DNA from: Nitrospirota bacterium
GTDB taxonomy: Bacteria; Nitrospirota; UBA9217
DNA: 64,000 nt
Assembly (NCBI GenBank): GCA_963845065.1
Contig: CAWJQQ010000008.1
Coordinates: forward strand, 128,001-192,000
Direction: 5' to 3'
In this document: positions 31,553 to 41,423 of the stretch, in pieces
How positions within the stretch are numbered: the first letter of the stretch is position 1
Layout of the letters: each line of letters begins with the position of its first letter
Program-made: the position numbers and the translations under genes
The notes under the pieces: model-generated
Database searches by the model: none
Seen by the model: only the letters and a program-made list of their open reading frames with translations
What the model was told of the DNA's origin: nothing

Positions 31553-32758
31553 CTAACGTATCAATCCATACAGGCTTTCTTTCGTTACCTGTTTATTTTT
31601 CTTGATAAGCATGCGCGCGGTCTCGACCTTGTCCCACACATTGCACATCATGGCGCCCCGGACTTTATTGTCACGAATGTAGTAGATCACCCCGGTATCG
31701 TTTTCCTTCTCCCAGTCGGCAAAGGTTTCGAGCTCGGCGTTCACATCTCCGACCGCCTCGAACCCGAACTCGAAAAGGTCGGAAAAAAAATAGGGCATGT
31801 ACGTATATGGTTCGCGTGCACCCGCCATGTTCCGGCCTGCCCATTTACCCTGATTCAGGGCATTGTCCCAGTGCTCGACTCGCATCTGCTTTCCTAGAGT
31901 CTGGTACGGGAAAAATGCGATGTCACCTGCTGCGTAAATGTCCGGAAGCGACGCATGGAGATATTCGTCAACAATAATCCCGTTTGCGGTCTGCAGTCCT
32001 GCCATTCGCGGGAGGTTAAGGGATGGTGCGATGCCGATACCTACGACGACCATATCCGAATCGAGTTCCCTGCCACTCTCTGTGCGGGTACGGAAACTGG
32101 CGCCCTTTTTTTGGAATGAAGCGGGCTTTTCTCCAGCAAGAATCTTTATTCCGCGCGACCGGTATTGATCCATAAGCGCCCGACCGAGGGACTCAGGAAA
32201 GATCCGGTTCACTAGGTAGGAATCGGGAAAGACCATAGTAACGTCGATTTTATTGATTTGGAGCGCCGCGGCAATTTCCGAACCGATAAAACCGCCGCCG
32301 ATCACGATTGCGGATTTTCCTTCTGCTGCTTCCTCGCGCAGTCCCAGATAGTCGTCCAGACTGCGGTAATAACGGATGCCTTCGAGATTGCCGCCGGGAA
32401 TCGGCAGTTGCCGTGGTGTTCCTCCGGTTGCAAAGAGGACCTTTTGAAAAGCGTATCGAGTTTTTTTGTTTGTCGTTACGGTTTTTTGACTTGCGTCTAG
32501 TGCTGTAACCTCGGTGCTTAAGGCAACGGTTACCATGTTCTGATCGTAAAATTTTTGATCATGGAGAAAAATCTCCTCGACCTTTTTTTTCCCGAACCAG
32601 AGTTTTTTTGAGAGCGGAGGTCGATCATAGGGCAGATGCCGTTCTGCAGAGATGAGCAGGATGGTGCCTTTTTTGTCCCGTTCCCGGATACCTTCAACAG
32701 CCGATGCCCCAGCAAGTCCTCCGCCGATGATTATATATGCATATATCTGATCAGCCAT
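31553..32758 (-). CDS. FAD/NAD(P)H oxidoreductase (ferredoxin-reductase/AIF-like)
   Basis: GGGLAG, YDRPPLSK, ATGG, GGGFIGSE, AAGD, RVEHW, PYFFSD. Confidence 0.9.
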   Translation of the reverse strand: MADQIYAYIIIGGGLAGASAVEGIRERDKKGTILLISAERHLPYDRPPLSKKLWFGKKKVEEIFLHDQKFYDQNMVTVALSTEVTALDASQKTVTTNKKTRYAFQKVLFATGGTPRQLPIPGGNLEGIRYYRSLDDYLGLREEAAEGKSAIVIGGGFIGSEIAAALQINKIDVTMVFPDSYLVNRIFPESLGRALMDQYRSRGIKILAGEKPASFQKKGASFRTRTESGRELDSDMVVVGIGIAPSLNLPRMAGLQTANGIIVDEYLHASLPDIYAAGDIAFFPYQTLGKQMRVEHWDNALNQGKWAGRNMAGAREPYTYMPYFFSDLFEFGFEAVGDVNAELETFADWEKENDTGVIYYIRDNKVRGAMMCNVWDKVETARMLIKKNKQVTKESLYGLIR

Positions 32759-32911
32759 GATATGTCTCCCCACGAAGAATATAGCCTAAACACGGATTAT
32801 TTTCCAAAGAAACGTCTGCTCGGTAGTCTAGTATTACTATACCATAGTTGCAGGAAGAGATATAGAAGACCGCCCGGGTAACCGGACCGGAAGTGGAACA
32901 AACAATACATA

Positions 32912-33643
32912 TTAAAAAAGGTCGTAGATCCTTCGCATTTCCACAGTATAAACGCCTGGTGACTCATGGATGACGAGAGGCGCAAGGATTTCCAGCCCGG
33001 AACCTGCCGACTGAACCGCCTCAACGAGAACGAGCGATGCCGTTTTGTGCCGATAGGGATGGACAAGGCGCATTCGTTTTGGCTCAAGTCGGCGCGAGCG
33101 GAGACCTGCGATTATGTCCGGGAGCCTTTCTGCCGGAAATACGAGTATAAACCGTGCCTTGTTTTTAAGAAATATGTGAAGGTCTAGCCAGTTCTCGATG
33201 GATGCCAGATCATCATGGCGTGATAACTGCCTTGACTCATGAGGACTCAGTTTCCCAGTCCCCTGTTTCCTGTAGGGAGGGTTGACTACAATTGCATCGA
33301 ATGAGAGAGGCGTGAGGATGGACTTTAACTGCCTGATGTCTCGCTCGATCAGATGAATATGCTCCTCCAGCCTGTTTTGGGCTATGTTGTTCCTGCAAAG
33401 TTGAGCAAGAGCATCTTGGATTTCTATGACTGTGATAGTCACGTCCGGGAATTTTTTTGCAAGTAGAATGGCGACGATGCCAGTGCCTGTTCCCGGTTCC
33501 AGAATGGCATCGCGGGGTTTGATTCTGCAGAAATCCGCAAGTAGAATACTGTCCAGCGTGAAGCGCGCACCTTTTTTCGGTTGCGTGATATTCACGATGC
33601 CAGCGCCCCGGAGAGCGATGCTGTCGTGAGTGACAGCCTTCAT
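32912..33643 (-). CDS. tRNA1(Val) A37 N6-methyltransferase-like (YfiC/YabB)
   Basis: F.LDSILLADF, EPGTGTG, NPPY, LEPKRMRLVHP. Confidence 0.85.
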   Translation of the reverse strand: MKAVTHDSIALRGAGIVNITQPKKGARFTLDSILLADFCRIKPRDAILEPGTGTGIVAILLAKKFPDVTITVIEIQDALAQLCRNNIAQNRLEEHIHLIERDIRQLKSILTPLSFDAIVVNPPYRKQGTGKLSPHESRQLSRHDDLASIENWLDLHIFLKNKARFILVFPAERLPDIIAGLRSRRLEPKRMRLVHPYRHKTASLVLVEAVQSAGSGLEILAPLVIHESPGVYTVEMRRIYDLF

Positions 33644-34032
33644 TTTACCTTTTCCACATAATCGGAAGACAGGCGCTTAGGCTTTGCATGAGCATCAACA
33701 TAGACGACCTTTGTCTGGCATTCCACAAAAACACGATGGGAGGTTTTATCCCGCATGATATGCTCAAAAATCATCGTAGCACGCGTTACATCCCTGACCC
33801 ATGTTTCAATCTCGACCGTATCTCCGTAGCGAGCAGGGGAGCGATAATCTACTTCTGCGCGCAGCACCATAAAGTGCGTGCCCTCGCCCATGAGTTTTTT
33901 GACCGAGTAACCCTTTGATGCTAGATATTCGGTCCTCGCCCTTTCCATGTAGCGTAAGTAGTTCGCGTAATAGACCACCCCGCCGCAATCGGTGTCTTCG
34001 TAATAGATGTGCACATCCATTGAGTGGTTCAA
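33640..34032 (-). CDS. YbgC/FadM family acyl-CoA thioesterase
   Basis: YYEDTDCGGVVYYANYLRYMERARTE. Confidence 0.9.
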   Translation of the reverse strand: MNHSMDVHIYYEDTDCGGVVYYANYLRYMERARTEYLASKGYSVKKLMGEGTHFMVLRAEVDYRSPARYGDTVEIETWVRDVTRATMIFEHIMRDKTSHRVFVECQTKVVYVDAHAKPKRLSSDYVEKVK

Positions 34033-34357
34033 TCCGGTTCTCCTTTCAGGATTTTGTCATCCTCTAATGTTTCTGTCGCGGTATCGTGTTTTTTTATGTA
34101 AAAAGAAACCGGATTTTCAATTTAACATCGAGAATGAGCGGAATTCGAAAAGCAGTTTAAAATATTTTGAGAGTTTTGACGAGAGGAAGATGGTACGAGA
34201 TGGTTTTATTCCGGTTCGAGCGTACAAGTCAACAAACTGGCCATGCCCCGTGGTTAAAGACAAGAGGCTTTTTGAGGATAGTTTGATAAACTGGTTAACA
34301 GGATGTAGAATGGAACTATCAGTCCGTAAGAAAAGAAGAATTGCAGGGAAACAAAAA

Positions 34358-34675
34358 AGGCGCTGCCTGCGAACCGGTATTGATATTCCGCTGGGCCACG
34401 TGTACTTTGGGAAGAACAACCTGCTTCTGCGGCTCTGCTTTGCAGACCCTATGAAGCTTCATGCGTATATGGCCTTTTTGGCCCTTTCCCTCGTATTCCC
34501 GTGGCTTAGGGGTTTTGGCTCTTCCCCTCGTATGGTCGCCTGTGAAGCAACCAGGGAATTGACCGCTCAACTTGCAGTTTTTCCACTGGCCTCGGATTCC
34601 ATCCCGCGTGGTGCCTGATCCCCTTTATAACGGGTTATCATCGGTACACCTATCGGTGCTGGTTCGGCAACGCCC
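34358..34675 (-). ncRNA. Candidate ~320-nt structured ncRNA of unknown class
   Basis: 5' GGCGUUGCC-GAACC pairs with 3' GGUUC-gca-GGCAGCGCC, then a U run; many internal hairpins; extended -10 and boxA-like leader upstream. Confidence 0.65.
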
Positions 34676-34691
34676 TCTTAACCATTCACTC

Positions 34692-34749
34692 TTTTCAAAG
34701 ACCAACTCATTTCTTCTTTATCATCTTCTCTTACAATAATAATATACCA
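34692..34749 (-). promoter_or_regulatory. Extended -10 promoter and boxA-like element for the candidate ncRNA
   Basis: Minus strand TG-G-TATATT (34749-34741), then GGTCTTTGAAAA (34703-34692). Confidence 0.5.
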
Positions 34750-34833
34750 CATTTTTAAACGGTAAGCGTGAATATTTTCTTAGAATTGTCTTGACCATCC
34801 GTGGAATTGTCTTTACAATTTCATCACTTACTC

Positions 34834-36363
34834 ATGCAAACTATCATTCCCTCAAAGGAAGAATTTTTACGCTATCTTTCGTCTGGCACGCTTGTTCCAG
34901 TTACCGCTGAAATCGAGATGCCGGCGCTTACTCCGCTTGCCGCGCTTGAAGCGTTGCGGTCCCTTGGTTACCCCGTGCTTCTTGAAAGCGCGAGAATAAA
35001 CGATAAGATCGGTAGATATTCTTTCGTTGCAGCGGACCCCTATTTAATTTTCAAATCGAGGGGCGAATCGGTAGAACTAATTCTGCCGAAGACTCCCGCC
35101 GGGAAATATGGCAAGCGGGCAACGATGAAGAGGAAGCCAATCGTGAAACTGCGGGAGCTTATGAACAATTACCGAACCGGGCGCCTTCCCGGTCTGCCGC
35201 CGTTTACTGGCGGAGCAGTCGGTTTCTTTTCATACGATTTTGTTCATCAATTCGAAAGGCTCCCGCGTAAAGCAGTGGTCGACCTTGACATCCCGGAAGC
35301 GTATTTCGTATTCGTCGACTTTGTCGTTGCTTTCGATCATCTTATGGGGAAAAAATGGGTGATAGTGAATCCCGGCGCACGTGGACAGGAACTGGGATTT
35401 CGCAGGCCCGGGCCGGAACAATGGGATGGCTTTTACGATAAGGCCGTAGAAAGGCTTACTGTCCTTGCCAGTGCCTTGCTCACATCGGCGACGTCCGGAG
35501 ACGCGGCGGCATTCGACAGAAAAAAGACGTTACAGCCTGTTCCGGTATCGTCTAACCTGACGCAAGACGAGTTCGAGGCCATGGTCAGTCGAAGCAAAGA
35601 GTACATCGCCGCTGGAGACATCTACCAGGCAAACCTCTCCCAACGGCTTTCCTTGAGAATTGGCGAAGCGGATACGCTTCGCCTGTACAAGATCCTACGT
35701 AAGATCAACCCTTCCCCCTTTGCCGCCTATCTGGATTTTGGCGATCTGCAGTTGGTGAGCTCTTCGCCCGAACGTCTTGTCCGACTTCATGAGGGAACTG
35801 TCGATACTCGGCCGATTGCGGGCACCCGAAGGCGAGGGAGCAACCACGCAGAAACTCGGGAACTCTCTTCAGAACTTTTAACCAATGAGAAGGAACGGGC
35901 CGAGCACATAATGCTACTCGACCTCGAGCGCAATGATCTCGGCAAAGTGTGCGACTATGGTACCGTAACTGTCGACGAAATGATGGTCGTTGAAGACTAT
36001 TCCCATGTTATCCATATCGTCTCCAATGTGCATGGTACGCTCTCGGCGGGAACGGACGCCTTTGATCTCGTCCGCGCCGTTTTCCCGGGGGGGACAATCA
36101 CGGGCGTACCCAAGGTTCGGTGCATGGAGATCATCGATGAGCTGGAACCGATTACGAGAGGGCCTTATACAGGGTCCATCGGCTATATCTCGAACAACGG
36201 AGACATGGACCTCAACATCATTATTAGGACTTTTGTCGTTAAAGAAGGGAAGGCGTACATTCAGGTAGGGGCAGGTATTGTGGCCGACTCCGATCCCACA
36301 CGGGAATTTTTTGAAACGCTCCAGAAGGCAGAAGCACTCAAGAAAGCGGTTGAGATGCTGTAA
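34834..36363 (+). CDS. Anthranilate synthase component I / aminodeoxychorismate synthase (TrpE/PabB family)
   Basis: LLES, GDIYQANLS, NPSPF, SSPERL, PIAGT, KERAEHIMLLDLERNDL, FPGGTITGVPK; TrpE vs PabB not resolved. Confidence 0.9.
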   Translation: MQTIIPSKEEFLRYLSSGTLVPVTAEIEMPALTPLAALEALRSLGYPVLLESARINDKIGRYSFVAADPYLIFKSRGESVELILPKTPAGKYGKRATMKRKPIVKLRELMNNYRTGRLPGLPPFTGGAVGFFSYDFVHQFERLPRKAVVDLDIPEAYFVFVDFVVAFDHLMGKKWVIVNPGARGQELGFRRPGPEQWDGFYDKAVERLTVLASALLTSATSGDAAAFDRKKTLQPVPVSSNLTQDEFEAMVSRSKEYIAAGDIYQANLSQRLSLRIGEADTLRLYKILRKINPSPFAAYLDFGDLQLVSSSPERLVRLHEGTVDTRPIAGTRRRGSNHAETRELSSELLTNEKERAEHIMLLDLERNDLGKVCDYGTVTVDEMMVVEDYSHVIHIVSNVHGTLSAGTDAFDLVRAVFPGGTITGVPKVRCMEIIDELEPITRGPYTGSIGYISNNGDMDLNIIIRTFVVKEGKAYIQVGAGIVADSDPTREFFETLQKAEALKKAVEML

Positions 36364-36441
36364 AATCAGCTTTTTCCCTGTTGCAACTTTAGTGCACTTG
36401 CGTTATAGTAATCAATTAAAACGATGGGGATAGGAGATGCC

Positions 36442-38340
36442 ATGTTCCTGGTGGAACTCGTAATGCAGGGAGTGCGTGGAATTCGGGAACTTGCCCGCTT
36501 AAGGTTTCAAAACGGGTTTAACTTTATTGCCGCAGGCAACGAAACGGGGAAGACCACTGCCGTTGACGCCATGCAGCGCCTCCTTTTCCCGAACAGCCAG
36601 CCTTTAGCGATGGAAGGGCTCGTTTCGCGCCAAACACCTGAATCCTCACGCTGCGCCCTCGTGCTGTTTTTTGATGATGGGGCGTATTACCGGGTGATCC
36701 AAGATTTTTCAAAATGCGCGGTAAATCTATCTAAGTACAATACCACATCAAAGGAATTCATTCTCCTGCACAAAGATTGGGAAAAGACCGTGCAGGTACT
36801 GAGTGGTCTGACGACCGGGATTTCCGAAGGAGAATATGCAGCAATATTTATACTTCGGCGTGAAGACATGATTAACCATGTCGAGTATTCCTCTGCCCCA
36901 GCCGTAACCACACGTTTAGTGGGACCCGCGCGGATCGCCGCGCCAAGCGGTAAAAAATCAGCAGCCAACGACGCAAAACTCGCCGAACTGCGCGAGACGC
37001 TTCGCAAAGCAGAAGAAGCGGCTGATGCTGACTATCGCCACCAAGCAGCAAAACTTGCCGCAGGAGAATATAAAAAGAAATTATCGTCCCTCGACGAGAT
37101 CGAACAAAAGAAAGCCGAGATTGACGCATCCCTCGCCGAGCTTAAAGGGTGTGCAGGCTTACCGGAGAACATTGCAGAGCTGATCGACGAGCAGGAACGG
37201 CGACAGAGTCAGAAGCTTGTTGATACCGATGAGCTGGACAAGGCGCTTTACGCACTGAATCTGCAGCTTGATTCTATACCAAAGGTCAATTTTTTTACTG
37301 ACAAGCTGTTTATCGCAGGCATCATCATCGGCGCCCTCTCTATGGTATTGGGAATGTTTGTGTTGACAGTTGAATACCGGCATTATTTTTACATTGGCCT
37401 CATCGCTGCGATGGTTCTGATCGCCATAGCTTGGTACAATGGCTCCCGGAAGAATGTACAACGCAATATCATCAAACAAGAAATAGATGCATTGGAGAAA
37501 GATCTCGCCGAACTAGAAAAGAAATTCATACAGGAGAGCTCTGCTATCAATGCTTACCTTAGCATCGCAAGAGCAGGTAATGCGGCAGATCTTAAAGACC
37601 GTGCCGAGAATTTCCGCTACTTCGGCGCGCTGCGGGCGGACCTTGAAGAGCAGCGATTGCGAGTTCTCGGGGACCTGACGCCGGAAATCCTTCATCAGCA
37701 GTATGACCGTCAACAGGAAGAAATTATGGAACTGGAAAAGGCAGCGCGGGCACTTGCCCCGTATAATATCGACACTTACAGTATCAGACAAGACATCGAG
37801 CGATTGGAAGGAGAGGCTTCATCCACTGATGCTTCCTGGAATTTTGGCACCATGGGGCACGATTTGCCGGAAGATTTCGGAGGGCCAGCTTTAGAGCAGC
37901 AGAGCGGTTTTATTGCCAAGTTGGCCATTGCCAGCAAGATGGGCAACATCGAGATGGAAACACTCATCCCTGGCGTTGAGGCTGCCGCGCAAAGGAACCT
38001 TGCTGCGATCACTGGCGGCAAGTATGTTAGAATCGAGGTGGGACAAGACGGCGAGTCCATTGTCCACGCTAATGACGATACGCGTTTGACCTACCGAGAG
38101 TTGAGTCATGGGACAAAGGCGCTAGTCACCTTCTGCCTCAGAACCGGCCTGGTTGAGGCGATCGTAGGTAAACGGCGGCTGCCGTTCATTCTTGACGATG
38201 CACTAGCAGGTTTTGATTACGTCCGGCAGCAGTCTGCCTGTCAGGTTCTCCGAACCCTCGGAACGAAAACCCAAGTAATCCTCTTCACGTCGAATCCCGC
38301 GCTCAAAGCGGCCGGCGATGCAGTTGCGGAGCTTAAATAA
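36442..38340 (+). CDS. SMC/Rad50-like (YhaN-type) ATPase with coiled coils and two central TMs
   Basis: AGNETGKTT Walker A; LSHGT signature; FILDD Walker B; coiled coil flanking two hydrophobic segments. Confidence 0.75.
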   Translation: MFLVELVMQGVRGIRELARLRFQNGFNFIAAGNETGKTTAVDAMQRLLFPNSQPLAMEGLVSRQTPESSRCALVLFFDDGAYYRVIQDFSKCAVNLSKYNTTSKEFILLHKDWEKTVQVLSGLTTGISEGEYAAIFILRREDMINHVEYSSAPAVTTRLVGPARIAAPSGKKSAANDAKLAELRETLRKAEEAADADYRHQAAKLAAGEYKKKLSSLDEIEQKKAEIDASLAELKGCAGLPENIAELIDEQERRQSQKLVDTDELDKALYALNLQLDSIPKVNFFTDKLFIAGIIIGALSMVLGMFVLTVEYRHYFYIGLIAAMVLIAIAWYNGSRKNVQRNIIKQEIDALEKDLAELEKKFIQESSAINAYLSIARAGNAADLKDRAENFRYFGALRADLEEQRLRVLGDLTPEILHQQYDRQQEEIMELEKAARALAPYNIDTYSIRQDIERLEGEASSTDASWNFGTMGHDLPEDFGGPALEQQSGFIAKLAIASKMGNIEMETLIPGVEAAAQRNLAAITGGKYVRIEVGQDGESIVHANDDTRLTYRELSHGTKALVTFCLRTGLVEAIVGKRRLPFILDDALAGFDYVRQQSACQVLRTLGTKTQVILFTSNPALKAAGDAVAELK

Positions 38341-38988
38341 ATGAAGGGGAAGTTCATCACCCTCGAAGGTATCGAGGGTTCTGGCAAATCCACGCAGATC
38401 GTCCTGCTTGCGAATTATCTGAAGTCCCTCGGTGTACGAATGGTCCTTACGCGGGAGCCGGGTGGAACGCTGATCGGCGACCAGGTAAGGAAGATCCTGC
38501 TCGATCCCGCAAATACAGAACTCGATCCGAAGGCAGAACTCCTTCTCTATGCCGCCAGCCGGGCACAGCACCTGAAAGAGGTCATATTGCCGGGTCTTGA
38601 GATCCCGGGAGTGGTGCTCTGCGACCGGTTTGCTGATGCTACGCTAGCCTACCAGGGATATGGGAGAAAGCTGGATATTGATCTGATCCGTACGCTCGAC
38701 CGGATCGTGTGTGCGGGACTCAAGCCCGATGTCACCATTCTACTCGACATCGATGCCGCGGCCGGTGTCGCACGTGCGCGGGGAAGGAATAATATCCGCG
38801 GTCTTGAGACAGAAGCCCGGTTTGAGAATGAGGCGATTGTCTTTCACGAACGCGTCAGGCAAGGGTACCTCGCTTTGGCGAGGCAGGAGCCGGAGCGAAT
38901 CAGGATCGTTGAAGCATCGCAGTCGATGGAAGATATCCAAATGAAGATACGGAAGATTGTGGGCGATATCAGCGTGATATCGAATTGA
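38341..38988 (+). CDS. tmk: Thymidylate kinase
   Basis: FITLEGIEGSGKST, TREPGGT, DRF..ATLAYQG. Confidence 0.97.
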   Translation: MKGKFITLEGIEGSGKSTQIVLLANYLKSLGVRMVLTREPGGTLIGDQVRKILLDPANTELDPKAELLLYAASRAQHLKEVILPGLEIPGVVLCDRFADATLAYQGYGRKLDIDLIRTLDRIVCAGLKPDVTILLDIDAAAGVARARGRNNIRGLETEARFENEAIVFHERVRQGYLALARQEPERIRIVEASQSMEDIQMKIRKIVGDISVISN

Positions 38989-39014
38989 AATAATGTTCAC
39001 GGGAGTCGAGCGAC

Positions 39015-39995
39015 ATGTCGTTTGCTGCCATAGAGGGCCACGGAAAACCCGTTAATATATTGAAACGGGCACTGGCGAACAGGACCCTTTCGCATGCCTA
39101 TCTTTTTTCCGGCGAAGCAGGGATCGGGAAGAAAATGACAGCAATCGCGCTCGCAGCTGCGGTGAACTGCCAAAACGTCGGCGAGGCGGGGGGCTGCGAT
39201 GTATGCCCTTCGTGCCGCAAGGTAGCAACCGGTGGACATCCTGACATTCACCTTCTCATCCCTGACGGTGAAGAGATTAAAATCGACCAGGTGAGGCAGG
39301 TGCAGTCGGACCTCGCGCTTAAACCCTTTGAGGGTACAAAAAAGATCTTGATCATTGATGGCGTTGATCGTATGAATGCGGCATCCTCCAATGCTTTTCT
39401 GAAAACCCTGGAGGAACCGCCGGGAGAAACGCTAATTGTTTTGATTACCTCCTTGCCGCAGAGTCTGCTCCCAACGATACGTTCACGGTGCCAGGAGGTA
39501 AGGTTTCAACCGCTTTCGCGGCAGACGCTTGCAAAGTCGCTAATGCGAAAACGGGGGCTCTCGGATGCAGATGCTTGGTTTGTTGCGGCGCTCGCACAGG
39601 GAAGCATGGGGCGGGGTCTTGACATGGACGCAGAGAAGGAAAAGACGGAACGGAGCCAAGTGATGGATCTTTGGTTCGGGCTACCGCAGATGGGGCCTGG
39701 CGAAGCGCTGGTTCTGGCTGAGACATTTGCGAAGGATCGCGAGCGCTTCAATCGACTGCTGATGATCGGCATCGAGTGTCTGCGTGATGCCATGGTCTAT
39801 CAAGAGACGAAAGACGAGCGGCTGCTTGTGTTTGTACAGGCACGAGAGCAGTACCGGAAATGGGGAGAACGGGTGCCTCTTACACAGATGTTTATGGACC
39901 TTGAGTTGTTTGCAGCCAGCCAGAGCTTGCTCGAACGCCGCGTAAGCGCGCAATTGGTGGCGGAGAACCTATTTTTAAAGCTGGGAAGAGGATGA
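39015..39995 (+). CDS. holB: DNA polymerase III delta' subunit
   Basis: HAYLFSG..GIGK, C..C.SC, HPD, NAFLKTLEEP, TIRSRC. Confidence 0.95.
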   Translation: MSFAAIEGHGKPVNILKRALANRTLSHAYLFSGEAGIGKKMTAIALAAAVNCQNVGEAGGCDVCPSCRKVATGGHPDIHLLIPDGEEIKIDQVRQVQSDLALKPFEGTKKILIIDGVDRMNAASSNAFLKTLEEPPGETLIVLITSLPQSLLPTIRSRCQEVRFQPLSRQTLAKSLMRKRGLSDADAWFVAALAQGSMGRGLDMDAEKEKTERSQVMDLWFGLPQMGPGEALVLAETFAKDRERFNRLLMIGIECLRDAMVYQETKDERLLVFVQAREQYRKWGERVPLTQMFMDLELFAASQSLLERRVSAQLVAENLFLKLGRG

Positions 39996-40100
39996 AGCAA
40001 ATCAGGATTCCGAAACTCAGTGTTTCACGGTGTGTTTTTTGCGTCCAGGGGGCAGTCCTGAGTAGTCATCAAAACAGAGAATAAAAAAACTTGTACCACC

Positions 40101-41297
40101 ATGGCAGATACGATGATAAAAATAGCAGGCGTGCGTTTTCGCGATAACTGGAAAGTCTATGATTTTGACGCAACCGATCTGGAGGTCGCCATCGGCGACA
40201 AGGTTATTGTCGATTCCGAGCGTGGGCAGGGGCTTGCTATCGTTGTACGCCTCAAAAAACAAAGTGCCCCACCTATCCCGGAATCTGTTCAGGAGGAGCA
40301 TGGGCTTCAGATTGAAGAAGAGTCGGCTAGTGAAACGGCGCCAGATGCTTCTGCTAATGGAAACAAGCAGGCGTCGAAGATACTAAAAAAAATACTGCGC
40401 AAGGCAACAGAGGAGGATCTCGCACGTGATGAAAAGAACAAAGGGCACGAGGCAGAGGCTTTTAAGATTGCACAGGACATGATCGCTGAACGGGAACTGC
40501 CGATGAAACTGATCCGCGTGGAATACTCCTTTGATGTCTCGCGTGCCACGTTTTATTTTTTCTCCGAGTCGCGGATTGACTTTCGCGAACTGGTCAAAGA
40601 TCTTGCTTATAAGCTCCACAGCAGAATCGAGATGCGCCAGATCGGCGTTAGGGACGTGGCGCGTCTCATCGGCGGGTTTGGGCCCTGCGGCAGGGAACTC
40701 TGCTGCGCGTCGTTTCTGAAAAATTTCGAGCCTGTATCGATACGGATGGCCAAGAAACAGGAGATGGTGCTAAACCCGGCGAAGATCTCCGGAGTCTGTG
40801 GCCGCTTGCTCTGCTGCCTGTCCTATGAATATGAAATGTACGACGAGATTAAAAAAGATGTTGCAGGCATGAGGGAGGCTATAGTCAAGGAAAAGAAAGA
40901 GGAAGAAGAACGCCGAATTTCAGAGGAGAGGAGAGAGGCTGAGGAGCGTCGATTTGCTGAAGAAAAGAGACGCCAGGAAGATCGTAAACAGCAGGATTAC
41001 CGGAAAGATAAACAAAAAGAAATTGGACAGAAGGCCGACGGTAGGCCTGAGAAAAGACGAGAGATGCAGCAGGACAGGAAACAGCAGCAGCCGTTGGTCG
41101 GCCCTCCCCGGGAGCGCCAGCAACAACAAAAGCCAAAGCTGGAGAAACCTCAACCGCAGGAACAGAAAGCTGCACAGCCACAGCAGGAAGTTGAAAAGTC
41201 CGGTAAAAAGAAAAGGCGCCGGTTCTGGCGAAAAAAGAAAAAGGGCCCGGGCCAGCAAAGCGACAACAAGCCATCGCAGGAACCGGAAAAAAGCTAA
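40101..41297 (+). CDS. ricT: PSP1/RicT (YaaT) family protein with long charged low-complexity tail
   Basis: RIDFRELVKDL, RIEMRQIGVRD, GPCGRELCC, KISGVCGRLLCCL; directly after holB. Confidence 0.88.
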   Translation: MADTMIKIAGVRFRDNWKVYDFDATDLEVAIGDKVIVDSERGQGLAIVVRLKKQSAPPIPESVQEEHGLQIEEESASETAPDASANGNKQASKILKKILRKATEEDLARDEKNKGHEAEAFKIAQDMIAERELPMKLIRVEYSFDVSRATFYFFSESRIDFRELVKDLAYKLHSRIEMRQIGVRDVARLIGGFGPCGRELCCASFLKNFEPVSIRMAKKQEMVLNPAKISGVCGRLLCCLSYEYEMYDEIKKDVAGMREAIVKEKKEEEERRISEERREAEERRFAEEKRRQEDRKQQDYRKDKQKEIGQKADGRPEKRREMQQDRKQQQPLVGPPRERQQQQKPKLEKPQPQEQKAAQPQQEVEKSGKKKRRRFWRKKKKGPGQQSDNKPSQEPEKS

Positions 41298-41423
41298 GTG
41301 GCATTACGAAAGTCGAAAAGCGCTATATGGGAGAAACTTTTTGAACAGGTAGATTTTGGGATTGGAGATTGTTGTGAATTTAGGATGTGCTGATTGATGC
41401 TTTCCGCATCAACTCCGGGGACA

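Noticed and set aside
34007..34618. 203-aa plus-strand ORF (and minus ORFs 34117..34419, 34319..34570)
   Set aside because: No recognisable motifs or RBS; overlaps the ybgC start and the structured RNA candidate, which explains the region better.
34358..34675. RNase P RNA, tmRNA, SRP RNA or group II intron identity
   Set aside because: No GAGGAAAGUCC, no tRNA-like ends or CCA, no SRP GGAA-loop helix and no domain V motif found on either strand.
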